A stretch of 64,000 bases of DNA, taken from contig JAQTME010000005.1 of NCBI GenBank assembly GCA_028714535.1, forward strand, positions 2,781 to 66,780. Direction: 5' to 3'. This DNA is from Candidatus Iainarchaeum sp. (GTDB lineage: Archaea > Micrarchaeota > Micrarchaeia > Anstonellales > Bilamarchaeaceae). The position numbers and the translations under genes were made by a program. Shown here piece after piece: positions 18,647-27,089 of the stretch. A model generated the notes under the pieces. It had not been told where the DNA came from and ran no database searches. It saw nothing but the letters and a program-made list of their open reading frames with translations. Within the stretch, counting starts at the first letter, position 1, and every line of letters begins with the position of its first letter.

Positions 18647-20644
18647 TCAGAGGATGTTCAGGCTCTTCGCGACTATCAGGCCCGCGAACACCAGCGAAAT
18701 CGTGTTCACGACCTTGATGAGCGCGTTCAGCGCCGGGCCTGCGGTGTCCTTCAATGGGTCGCCGACCGTGTCGCCGACCACCGCCGCCTTGTGCGTGTCG
18801 CTGCCCTTGCCGCCGAAGTTGCCGAGCTCTATGTACTTCTTGGCGTTGTCCCAGGCCGCGCCCGAGGTCGTCATCATGAGCGCGAGCATGAGCCCGCTCG
18901 CTATGACCCCTGCGAGCAGCCCGCCGAGCGCTGCAGGCCCGAACACCAGCCCGATGACCAGCGGCGTGAGCACCGCGAGCAGGCCTGGCACAGCCAGTTC
19001 GCGCAGCGCGGTGGCAGTGGATATGTCCACGCACTTCGCGTAGTCTGCGCGGCCCGTGCCTTCCATAAGGCCCTTGATTTCCCTGAACTGCCTGCGGACC
19101 TCCTCGACTATCTGGAACGCAGCGCGCCCGACCGCCAGCATCAGGAAGCTGGAGAACAGGAACGGCAGCATCGCGCCTATGAACAGGCCGATGACCACCG
19201 CGGGGTCGAGCAGGTTGAATACCGTCAGGTGCACCGCCTCGGCATACGCCACGAACAGCGCCAGCGCGCCGAGCGCCGCGCCGCCGATTGCGTATCCCTT
19301 TGTCGTCGCCTTGGTGGTGTTGCCCACCGCGTCGAGCGCGTCAGTGACCTTCCTGACCTTGTCAGGGAGGCCGGACATCTCAGCTATGCCTCCTGCGTTG
19401 TCTGTTATCGGCCCGTATGAGTCGATGGCTATTATCATCGCGCTCAGCGAGAGCATCGCCGCTGCTGCGAGCGCCACGCCGTAGAGCCCTGCTGCCATGT
19501 AGGACACGAGTATCGCGCCCACTATGACCAGCACCGGCAATGCGGTCGCCTCCATGCCGACCGCGAGCCCGGATATTATATTGGTGCCCGCGCCCGTTTT
19601 TGCCGCGGTCGCGACGTCGCGCACCGGCTTGTGCTCGGTGGCAGTATAATACTCCGTTATCATGAACAGGAGCAGCGTGACGGCCACGCCTATTATGACA
19701 GTGGCGAACAGCGATGCCGGGGCTATGCTCAGCCCGACCGCCATGTTCGTCAGGTAGATGTAGGACAGGGCGAGCATCACGAACGCCGTTGCGAGCAGGC
19801 CCTTGTAGAAGGCGGGCATTATCCTGTTGTCCCGGCCTATCGATACGAACAGCGAGCCCACCACGCCGGAGATGCCTCCGAGCGCTGCGATGGCGAGCGG
19901 TATCTGCACGAAGCCGCTGCCCAGCGAGAGCCCGATGAGCATCGCCGCGATTACTGTGACCACGAACGATTCGAAGACGTCGGCCGCCATGCCTGCGCAG
20001 TCGCCCACGTTGTCGCCCACGTTGTCAGCTATGACGGCAGGGTTGCGCGGGTCGTCCTCAGGTATGCCTTTTTCCACCTTGCCCACCAGGTCGGCGCCGA
20101 CGTCGGCTGCCTTGGTGTATATGCCTCCGCCCACACGGGCGAACAGGGATATGAGCGACGCGCCGAACCCGTAGCCTATGAGCGGCATGAGGGTGCCGAA
20201 CACGTAGTAGAGCGATGCGACGCCGATGAGGCCGAGCCCGACCAGGGCCATGCCTGTGACAGCGCCTCCCTTGAATGCCACGGACAGCGCCTGGGCGATG
20301 CCGCCCTTGGCCGCCTCTGCCACGCGCACGTTGCCGCGCACCGAGACCTGCATGCCCACGTAGCCCGCGAGCGCGGACGAGAGCACGCCTGCCAGGAATG
20401 CGATGGCCGTATCCACGCCCACTCCCACGGCTATGACCAGCAGGAGCACCGCCACTATCGGTGCGAGCGTCTTGTACTGCCTCGTGAGGAACGCGTTCGC
20501 GCCCTCCTGTATGGCCCTGGATATCTCCTGCATCTTCGCGCTGCCGGCCGGCGAGCGCACCACCCTGTATGAGAGGTACGCCGCGTAGAGCAGGGCGAGG
20601 ATGCCGGCCACCATTGCCAGCAAAACCGATTGCATTTCAACCAT
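18647..20644 (-). CDS. hppA: Membrane-bound ion-translocating pyrophosphatase
   Basis: [54 protein letters not shown] signature motifs. Confidence 0.97.
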   Translation of the reverse strand: MVEMQSVLLAMVAGILALLYAAYLSYRVVRSPAGSAKMQEISRAIQEGANAFLTRQYKTLAPIVAVLLLVIAVGVGVDTAIAFLAGVLSSALAGYVGMQVSVRGNVRVAEAAKGGIAQALSVAFKGGAVTGMALVGLGLIGVASLYYVFGTLMPLIGYGFGASLISLFARVGGGIYTKAADVGADLVGKVEKGIPEDDPRNPAVIADNVGDNVGDCAGMAADVFESFVVTVIAAMLIGLSLGSGFVQIPLAIAALGGISGVVGSLFVSIGRDNRIMPAFYKGLLATAFVMLALSYIYLTNMAVGLSIAPASLFATVIIGVAVTLLLFMITEYYTATEHKPVRDVATAAKTGAGTNIISGLAVGMEATALPVLVIVGAILVSYMAAGLYGVALAAAAMLSLSAMIIAIDSYGPITDNAGGIAEMSGLPDKVRKVTDALDAVGNTTKATTKGYAIGGAALGALALFVAYAEAVHLTVFNLLDPAVVIGLFIGAMLPFLFSSFLMLAVGRAAFQIVEEVRRQFREIKGLMEGTGRADYAKCVDISTATALRELAVPGLLAVLTPLVIGLVFGPAALGGLLAGVIASGLMLALMMTTSGAAWDNAKKYIELGNFGGKGSDTHKAAVVGDTVGDPLKDTAGPALNALIKVVNTISLVFAGLIVAKSLNIL

Positions 20645-20762
20645 TCATGTTCACCTTTTTTTATCTGAAGAAAAACAGTTCAGACCAGATACAACAGGTA
20701 AATGTTTAAAAAGCAGGCGCAACGGCAACGCGCGGCCGGGGCGCAGACGACGCGCACACAGA

Positions 20763-20770
20763 TATATAAA
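20763..20770 (+). promoter_or_regulatory. TATA box in the divergent hppA/sepF intergenic region
   Basis: TATATAAA about 50 nt upstream of the sepF ATG in a GC-rich genome. Confidence 0.55.
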
Positions 20771-20822
20771 AGTAATTGCACTATTGAATGAATAGAAAAG
20801 CACTCCATGCAAAGGTGGTATA

Positions 20823-21206
20823 ATGGGACTTTTTGACAAGATTTTGGGAAAAGGAGAACAATCGGACGTACCAGACCTGGAAGAAGTGATGCAGTCAGCA
20901 GATGGCGACGCGGTGAGCCCCCCGGCGGACTTCTACGTCAAGAGGGTGGACCTCAGGAACGAGGGTGACGCGGACCTGGTTTTGAAAGAGCTCGGTTCGA
21001 AGAACATCATAATCCTGAACGTTATCCCGCTGTCAAAGCAGCCGAACAGGCTCAAGGGCATCGTGTCGAAGCTGAAGACGCACTCCGGAAGGATAAACGG
21101 CGACATCGCACTGCTTTCGAACGACATGATAATACTGACGCCTTCGAACGTGAAGATAGTCAAGTCGAAGCCGAAGGCGAAGCCGGGCGCGACGATAATC
21201 TCCTGA
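20823..21206 (+). CDS. sepF: Cell division protein SepF
   Basis: KRVDLRNEGDADLVLKEL...NIIILNV...INGDIALLSNDMIILTPSNVKI matches the archaeal SepF pattern. Confidence 0.85.
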   Translation: MGLFDKILGKGEQSDVPDLEEVMQSADGDAVSPPADFYVKRVDLRNEGDADLVLKELGSKNIIILNVIPLSKQPNRLKGIVSKLKTHSGRINGDIALLSNDMIILTPSNVKIVKSKPKAKPGATIIS

Positions 21207-21243
21207 TTTTTTTATTTTATAATTTTAGTTTTTCTCTTTTTAT
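21207..21243. terminator. T-rich tract between convergent genes
   Basis: Long oligo-T runs immediately after the sepF stop. Confidence 0.5.
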
Positions 21244-21261
21244 CCTGCCCCAGCGCTTGCC

Positions 21262-21795
21262 CTAATCCTTCTTTTGGGCCCGCTTTTTTGGGATTGTGGC
21301 CGCCAGCTCGTCAGTTTTCGCAGGCGCCAGTTCACTGGCTTTCTGGGCCTCGCCCATGTTGCTGGCAGGGCCCTGGAATAATCGCGCCGTCTTCTTCGAC
21401 CATTCAGCATAGCCCACTTCATACCTGAAGTCTATGGCCTTCACGGCATTCTGGACCTTGTCGGCCTTGAGCGGCACCACGTTGTGGGCCATCCTGGACG
21501 GGTCCTTGCTGAGCGTGAGCGGGGCCAGCTTGAAAATCGCCTTGTGCAGCCTCACCCTCCCGGCGTTGTCATCCGGAATCGCCTTGTTCGCGAGGTCGGC
21601 CACCGCTGCCTTCCATCCGTCCCCGGTCAGCTTCCCTTCAGCATAGGCGGCATTGAACTTCTGGACGTCCGCGACCAGCTTCCTTGCGGTGGCTTCGCTT
21701 CCGGTCAGGCTGGTGAGCCTCTGCAGCATCACTGCGTCAGCCCGCGTCTCGTAGGTCACCGTATCCTTTTTCGGTTCCAGAGTTTTTTCAGCCAC
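21262..21795 (-). CDS. Hypothetical protein
   Basis: 177-aa ORF with natural composition and no recognised motif. Confidence 0.65.
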   Translation of the reverse strand: MAEKTLEPKKDTVTYETRADAVMLQRLTSLTGSEATARKLVADVQKFNAAYAEGKLTGDGWKAAVADLANKAIPDDNAGRVRLHKAIFKLAPLTLSKDPSRMAHNVVPLKADKVQNAVKAIDFRYEVGYAEWSKKTARLFQGPASNMGEAQKASELAPAKTDELAATIPKKRAQKKD

Positions 21796-21848
21796 ATTAT
21801 CCCCAGTTGGTTATTGCATCAAAACATTTTTATCCTGCGTTAGCCAGG

Positions 21849-22172
21849 TCATTGGACTATCATGCCGCCCTCGGCCAGGACCTTGTATCTCTCGAACGCG
21901 GCCTGGCTTTTCCGGTATTCTGATTCAGTATACGGCGCGGATCCGACGATGCTCCCCTTCCCAAGGTTCGCATATTCGGCCATCGTGCTCGCCCTGTCGA
22001 GCTCCACGTCATAATAGTGCGGGCACTCCTGCCCCTGCGACTGGGCGCGGTAGAGGACGACGGCGCGCTGGGTATCGTTGCTCATGGTCAATATGCGCAC
22101 TAACGAGCCTGGATTGCCCTTCGACCACTCTATCGCCTTTTGCACGTTTTCCTGCGGAGGCGGCCTTGCCAT
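21849..22172 (-). CDS. Hypothetical protein
   Basis: ~107-aa ORF closely following its upstream neighbour. Start taken at MARPPP. Confidence 0.55.
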   Translation of the reverse strand: MARPPPQENVQKAIEWSKGNPGSLVRILTMSNDTQRAVVLYRAQSQGQECPHYYDVELDRASTMAEYANLGKGSIVGSAPYTESEYRKSQAAFERYKVLAEGGMIVQ

Positions 22173-22182
22173 GCGCTGCATG

Positions 22183-22686
22183 TCAGTCCAGCCTCCCGGG
22201 CATGAACGGCGGCCGGATTACGCCCCTCTCTATGAGGTCCATCGCATCCACTGCCTCGCCCATGCCACCGCCAAAGAAGCGCTTCTTCGTGACCATCAGG
22301 TGCAGGAGCAGCGGCGGGGCCAATTCCGGGCGCAGGGCCTCCACCGCCCCTATGACACTGCCCGCCCTTATGGGCCTGGTGGACATGCCGCTGTGGAAAT
22401 CGAGGTGGTAGAAGCTGAACACGTAATGCCGGCCTGTGAAGACCGCCCACGAGCCATACCAAGGATTGCCGGCTTCGGTCAGCCACAGGTCGGCAGGCGC
22501 AAGCACTGGCGTGCCCGGAGCCAGGCTCAGCCTGAGCCCTTCCCCTGCGGACGCGTCAAGGCGGCATTTCCTGACGCCCTCTATGAGCAGCTGGTGGCGC
22601 TTGTCCTTCTTCAGGAGCATGGACCTGAACGGCTGCGGGACAAGCCTGTAGCTGGTGAAAATTTCCTTTGCGGCCAAGGTAGCCAT
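22183..22686 (-). CDS. M23/LytM peptidase-like fold protein, Zn ligands degenerate
   Basis: PGTPVLAPAD...WYG...YHL...AGSVIGAV...LLHL...AVDA follows the M23 consensus order, but HxxxD is absent. Confidence 0.6.
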   Translation of the reverse strand: MATLAAKEIFTSYRLVPQPFRSMLLKKDKRHQLLIEGVRKCRLDASAGEGLRLSLAPGTPVLAPADLWLTEAGNPWYGSWAVFTGRHYVFSFYHLDFHSGMSTRPIRAGSVIGAVEALRPELAPPLLLHLMVTKKRFFGGGMGEAVDAMDLIERGVIRPPFMPGRLD

Positions 22687-22755
22687 AAAATACTATCTTA
22701 TGAAACAGTTTAAAAATCAGGCAGGCGCGGCACCAGGGCGCAGGGGCATCAAGCA

Positions 22756-23319
22756 TCAATCTGCCAACAGGGCTTCTGGCGGGAATGGGATTTCAATCCT
22801 GCCATTCCTTATGAGCTTCAGCGGGTCAAGCGGCTTCTCTGAAAATCTTTTCCTGACGATGAACTGGAAGCTGGCGGCCTTATCCTCCACAGCGCCTATG
22901 GATTCGCCTGGCGCCTTCAGCGCCATCTCACGGACGGAAAAGGAGCGGCGGATGAAGACTGGGAACACCGGGATTATATGGCGCACAACGACATCCTCCA
23001 TCTTCATGATGGAATCCGCAGGATGGCAGGGGGCAAAGTGAAAGCTGTATTTCTCGCCAATCATGACGACGGTCGTCGTGGTGTTGCAGTCCATCATGCT
23101 CAGCCGCACGTGAGCGGGCGCCAGCAGCGGCGTGCCAGCCGGGAGCGGGACTGACAGGACATGGCTTCGCAGCTTGCCCGGCTCCGCACGGCTCTCGAGC
23201 AGGTCCACGAGGCACTGGTACAATTCGTTTTTCCTCAGAAGACCGGGCCTGAAGAAATCATGGATGCTCCTGGTGCTTTCCATCAGCTTCTTGGCGCGCA
23301 GCACTTCAGATCGTTCCAT
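22756..23319 (-). CDS. Second M23-like degenerate paralog
   Basis: AGTPLLAPAH...PGESIGAVE...FQF...PLDPLKLI aligns with its neighbour. Confidence 0.55.
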   Translation of the reverse strand: MERSEVLRAKKLMESTRSIHDFFRPGLLRKNELYQCLVDLLESRAEPGKLRSHVLSVPLPAGTPLLAPAHVRLSMMDCNTTTTVVMIGEKYSFHFAPCHPADSIMKMEDVVVRHIIPVFPVFIRRSFSVREMALKAPGESIGAVEDKAASFQFIVRKRFSEKPLDPLKLIRNGRIEIPFPPEALLAD

Positions 23320-23343
23320 AATCTGCCATCCAGGAGAAGTAAT

Positions 23344-24111
23344 TTAAACCGCGGCCGGCGGGACGGTGCCTGCCATCTTTATGAAAAGCTCGCCGAAGAT
23401 CACGTCCTGGCGCAGGACCACGCTCTCGTTCTGCATGAGGTGGAGCAGGCACAGCAGCGTATAAACCGTCTTCCGCAGGTCGCAGCCGTCCGTGAGCCGC
23501 GAGAAGAGCGACCATCCCTCGCTGTCGCTGCCTGCGCGCACGCGGTCCAGCACGTCCGCCATGTCATGCTCTATGTCGTGCTCCGGCAGCTCCAGGTCGA
23601 CAACCTCGGTTATCGAGCCCCGGGGCACGCTGACGCGCTCGGTGGCGTCGTATTTTATCATGCGCTCCATCTCGCCCAGCAGGTCGTCTATGGTTATCTG
23701 CCTCTTGGGCGGGATGCGGGACGACAGCGTGAGCACGGGCAGCTGCTCCACGCCAACGCCCGCCGCGTCGGCCTCGGGGATGAACTCCGGCAGCTCTGAC
23801 TGGTAGTTGAGGAACTTGAGGTAGTTGCTCTTGTACTTGAGGAGTATGGCCGCGGCCAGTATCACGTTCGCGGGCACCACGAAGTCCATCTTCTCCATCT
23901 CCTTTATGCGCTTCAGGAACGCATCCGAGAGCACCGTGAGGTCTATGTTCCAGGGGTCCACGGCGTCCGATGCGATGAGGTCGAGCAGTATCTCCTTCCA
24001 GGTGGGCTTCGCCACCATGCGCTCGAGGTAGGAGAACGACTGTATGGGAGGGGCGTGCGCGCGGCCCTCCCTCCCGTGGCTGGACGCTTGGTCGATGGGA
24101 GGTTCGTCCAT
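23344..24111 (-). CDS. scpA: Segregation and condensation protein A (SMC kleisin)
   Basis: VDPWNIDL...ANVILAAAILLKYKS, RQITIDDLL, C-terminal LLHLMQNE..V.LRQ..IFGEL. Confidence 0.9.
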   Translation of the reverse strand: MDEPPIDQASSHGREGRAHAPPIQSFSYLERMVAKPTWKEILLDLIASDAVDPWNIDLTVLSDAFLKRIKEMEKMDFVVPANVILAAAILLKYKSNYLKFLNYQSELPEFIPEADAAGVGVEQLPVLTLSSRIPPKRQITIDDLLGEMERMIKYDATERVSVPRGSITEVVDLELPEHDIEHDMADVLDRVRAGSDSEGWSLFSRLTDGCDLRKTVYTLLCLLHLMQNESVVLRQDVIFGELFIKMAGTVPPAAV

Positions 24112-24176
24112 GCTCGTTTTATATACCTTTATTTTTATATAGTTAGCGGGGGCAACAAAAACACCGAGGTAGCCAC

Positions 24177-25265
24177 ATGGAGATTAAAAAAACGCTGATA
24201 CTGGACTGCGCCGAAACCGCATCGAAGGCCATCCCGCGCCTGATGGACGTGCCCGCGGTCATAGTGACCAGGAACGGGAAATACCTGGGCCTCATAGACC
24301 ACAGGAGCTTCGCCGGCCAGGGCATAAGGGACACGAGCGTCATCAAGTGCGAGAACGTCATAGTCAAGCCGCCGGTCCTCACCGAGTCGGCAGGCGTCAT
24401 CGAGCTGATAGGCGCGTTCATGCTCGGCCACTTCAAGGCGCTGCCCATCGTGGGCGACAACGACAGGCCGCTCGGCATAACCACGCGCGTGGAGCTGGTC
24501 AAGGAGCTGCTCAGCGAGAAGCTCATACCGGCCGAGAGCGTGCCCGAGCTGATGAGCTCGCCGGTCTACATCATCGCGGCCAACGACACCTTGGGCGCGG
24601 CCATGGGCGCCATGAAGGAGAAGAACACCAACAAGCTGGTGGTGATGGCGAACGGCTATCCCATCGGCATCGTGTCCGACTTCGACATCGGCTCCTGGGT
24701 AACGCGGTCGAACATCCCGTCGGACAGGAAGAACAGGGAGCAGACCAACATAAACGTGGCAGACCTGCGCATATCCGAGTTCCTCAGGCCCGACATCACG
24801 ACGATGGAGCAGAGCGCGACCATGCAGGAGGCCATGGAGCGCATGGTGCAGAAGGGAGTGTCCGCAGTGGTGGTCACCGCCAACAAGAAGCCGGTCGGCG
24901 TGCTCTCGGCATTGGACATATTCAAGAGGATACGGGAGATGGCCGAGGCGCCCGACGGGATAAACATCTCGGGGCTCAGCGGCGACAACGCAGGCATGTA
25001 CCCGCACATGAGCGAGAAGATAGGCCACGTCCTCGGCAAGTTCACGAAGACCTTCACGGTCAGCAACGTGAACGTGCACGTGAAGGAGCAGAAATCCACG
25101 TTCACGGTCAGCGTCCACCTGGACACGGAAGAGGGCCCGCTCAGCATAAAGGAGGAGCGGAAGTCGCTGCGGGAGACCGTGGACGAGGTGGCGTCCGAGC
25201 TGGAAAAGGCGCTCCGCAAGAGGAAGGACATGCGCAAGGCAAAGCCGAGGGCAACTTCGTACTAA
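24177..25265 (+). CDS. Four-CBS-domain protein with C-terminal HPF/RaiA-like domain (HibA-like ribosome hibernation factor)
   Basis: Four CBS repeats, then ~100 aa NISGL...VNVHVKE..STFTVSVHLDT...SIKEERKSLRETVDEVASELEKALRKRK resembling the HPF fold. Confidence 0.75.
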   Translation: MEIKKTLILDCAETASKAIPRLMDVPAVIVTRNGKYLGLIDHRSFAGQGIRDTSVIKCENVIVKPPVLTESAGVIELIGAFMLGHFKALPIVGDNDRPLGITTRVELVKELLSEKLIPAESVPELMSSPVYIIAANDTLGAAMGAMKEKNTNKLVVMANGYPIGIVSDFDIGSWVTRSNIPSDRKNREQTNINVADLRISEFLRPDITTMEQSATMQEAMERMVQKGVSAVVVTANKKPVGVLSALDIFKRIREMAEAPDGINISGLSGDNAGMYPHMSEKIGHVLGKFTKTFTVSNVNVHVKEQKSTFTVSVHLDTEEGPLSIKEERKSLRETVDEVASELEKALRKRKDMRKAKPRATSY

Positions 25266-25283
25266 CTAAGGGAGGGGAATGAA

Positions 25284-25733
25284 ATGAAAGGACAGATTAG
25301 CACGGAACTGATGGTCATCGTGGCGCTGGTGCTGCTGATTTTCATCCCGCTTCTTGTCATGGTCTATTTCAAGGCCAATGAAGCGAACCAGCAGATAGGG
25401 TCCTACCAGGCTGAGCTGGCGGTGTTCAGGATAGCATACCTGGCCAACTCGGTCGGGAGCCTCGGCACGAACACGTCGATAACGACCGACATACAGGTGC
25501 CGAAGAACGTCAGGTACTTCGGGACTAACAATTCGGGCATGGGCGGCGAGATAACGATGCTGGTCGATACGACCGAGGGCACGAACGACCTTTCCACGCC
25601 CATAAAGTACGTCATCGCCAACCCGGGCAAGCTGGCCGACCAGACCAACGCCGGCGGCTGGATGCGGGTACGCATAACCTCGGAATACATTGACAACCAG
25701 GCCAGGCTCAGGATAGAGAAGGTATCCGGCTGA
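25284..25733 (+). CDS. Class III signal peptide (pilin-like) protein
   Basis: MKGQISTELMVIVALVLLIF: K-G/Q-x-S-x-E prepilin peptidase motif followed by a hydrophobic helix. Confidence 0.8.
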   Translation: MKGQISTELMVIVALVLLIFIPLLVMVYFKANEANQQIGSYQAELAVFRIAYLANSVGSLGTNTSITTDIQVPKNVRYFGTNNSGMGGEITMLVDTTEGTNDLSTPIKYVIANPGKLADQTNAGGWMRVRITSEYIDNQARLRIEKVSG

Positions 25734-25889
25734 AGCTGGGCTTTTTCTTTTATTTACTTATTTCACTTATTTTTCCCAGGCCTTAGAATGGCCTCGGAGG
25801 CCGACGTGGCCTGAGAACGGCAGATGTCCACGTCCATCTTGTTTGTAATAAGAGAAGCAGGGTAGCGTCTGAGGTATCGAAGTTGAATC

Positions 25890-27089
25890 TCAATCCCAGA
25901 ACTCGTTATCGACGTATAGCTGCTTTCCGCCCCGTATCACAGTGCGGACCTTGCCCTTGAGCGCCTTCCCGTCGAACGGGCTCCATTTGCACTTCGTCTG
26001 GAATTCCGACGCGTCAACGCTCCATTCCTTCTTCGGGTCGAAGATGGTGACGTCGCCGGCGCATCCCTTTTCCAGCACGCCTACGCCCTTCAGGCCGAAC
26101 GTGCCGGCCACGCGGCCGCTCATGCGCTCCGCGACCCATATCCTGTCCAGCAGCCCCTTCGCGCAGGCGTCGAACATGAGCGCAACGCTCGTCTCGAGGC
26201 CGGGGTAGCCGGCCGCGCCGTTCTCCTTGTCCTCGGGCGTGTGGGGCGCGTGGTCCGTGGCTATGCAGTCAGCGCCTTCCAGCATCTTCCACAGCCCGAT
26301 GCGCATCTGCTCGCTGCGCAGCTGCGGATACACCTTCCCGTACGGGCCGAGCCGCTCCAAATCGTTCTTGGAAAGGAACAGGTGGTGCGGCGCGACCTCC
26401 ACGGTGCAGCCCTTCCATCTTTTCGCGAGGAGCAGCTCATGGCCTGTGGAGGCGTGCGCGATGTGTATGCGTCGCTGCATCTTTTGCGCCAGCGACACGC
26501 AGTTCTCGATATTGGCATAGGTCCTTTCCAGGTCCTTCGCCTCGTCAGGGCTGTCGCCGCAGGCATGGAGCACGATTGGCCTGTCCTTATGGAAATTGGC
26601 GAAGTGCCTTTCCAGGGCCGTGGGGTCGTGGAGCATCAGTTCCCCGGTCGTCTTCCCCAGGTAGAGCTTCAATGACTGCGGGTCGGCCTTCCTGACTTCC
26701 GCGAAGTTGGAGTCGGTCCCGCCGAAATGGAACAAAACATTGCAGGGTGCCTTCTCCCTGGCGAGGCGCGCCTTCTCGTCCAGCCGCTCCCTGGTCACCG
26801 TGGGCAGCCTGTTGTTCGGCATGTCCATGACGGTCGTGAAGCCGCCGGCTATCGCGGCGCGGCCGCCGGTCCTGAAGTCCTCCTTGTAGGTGTCGCCGGG
26901 CTCGCGCAGGTGCACGTGCGGGTCGATGAGGCCCGGGAGCACCAGGCAGCCGGGCGCGTAGACGGTTTCGTCCGCCTTCTGCGCATCTGCGCTTGTGGAT
27001 GCGATCACGCCATCTTCGATGAGGATGTCCTTCTGTGAGAAAGAGCCGTTTATGAACGCGAGGCCGCCCCTTACCGCCAGCGTTGTCAT
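25890..27089 (-). CDS. pyrC: Dihydroorotase
   Basis: PGLIDPHVHLREPG, AAIAGGFTTVMDMPN, EVAPHHL, IATDHAPH, KCKWSPFDG. Confidence 0.92.
   Translation of the reverse strand: MTTLAVRGGLAFINGSFSQKDILIEDGVIASTSADAQKADETVYAPGCLVLPGLIDPHVHLREPGDTYKEDFRTGGRAAIAGGFTTVMDMPNNRLPTVTRERLDEKARLAREKAPCNVLFHFGGTDSNFAEVRKADPQSLKLYLGKTTGELMLHDPTALERHFANFHKDRPIVLHACGDSPDEAKDLERTYANIENCVSLAQKMQRRIHIAHASTGHELLLAKRWKGCTVEVAPHHLFLSKNDLERLGPYGKVYPQLRSEQMRIGLWKMLEGADCIATDHAPHTPEDKENGAAGYPGLETSVALMFDACAKGLLDRIWVAERMSGRVAGTFGLKGVGVLEKGCAGDVTIFDPKKEWSVDASEFQTKCKWSPFDGKALKGKVRTVIRGGKQLYVDNEFWD

Noticed and set aside
25734-25889. TTATTT repeats and GGCCT repeats between the pilin gene and pyrC
   Set aside because: The T-rich part is best read as a terminator. 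The 24-codon ORF and the CTGA boxes lack an SD motif or C box, so there is no support for a gene or C/D sRNA.
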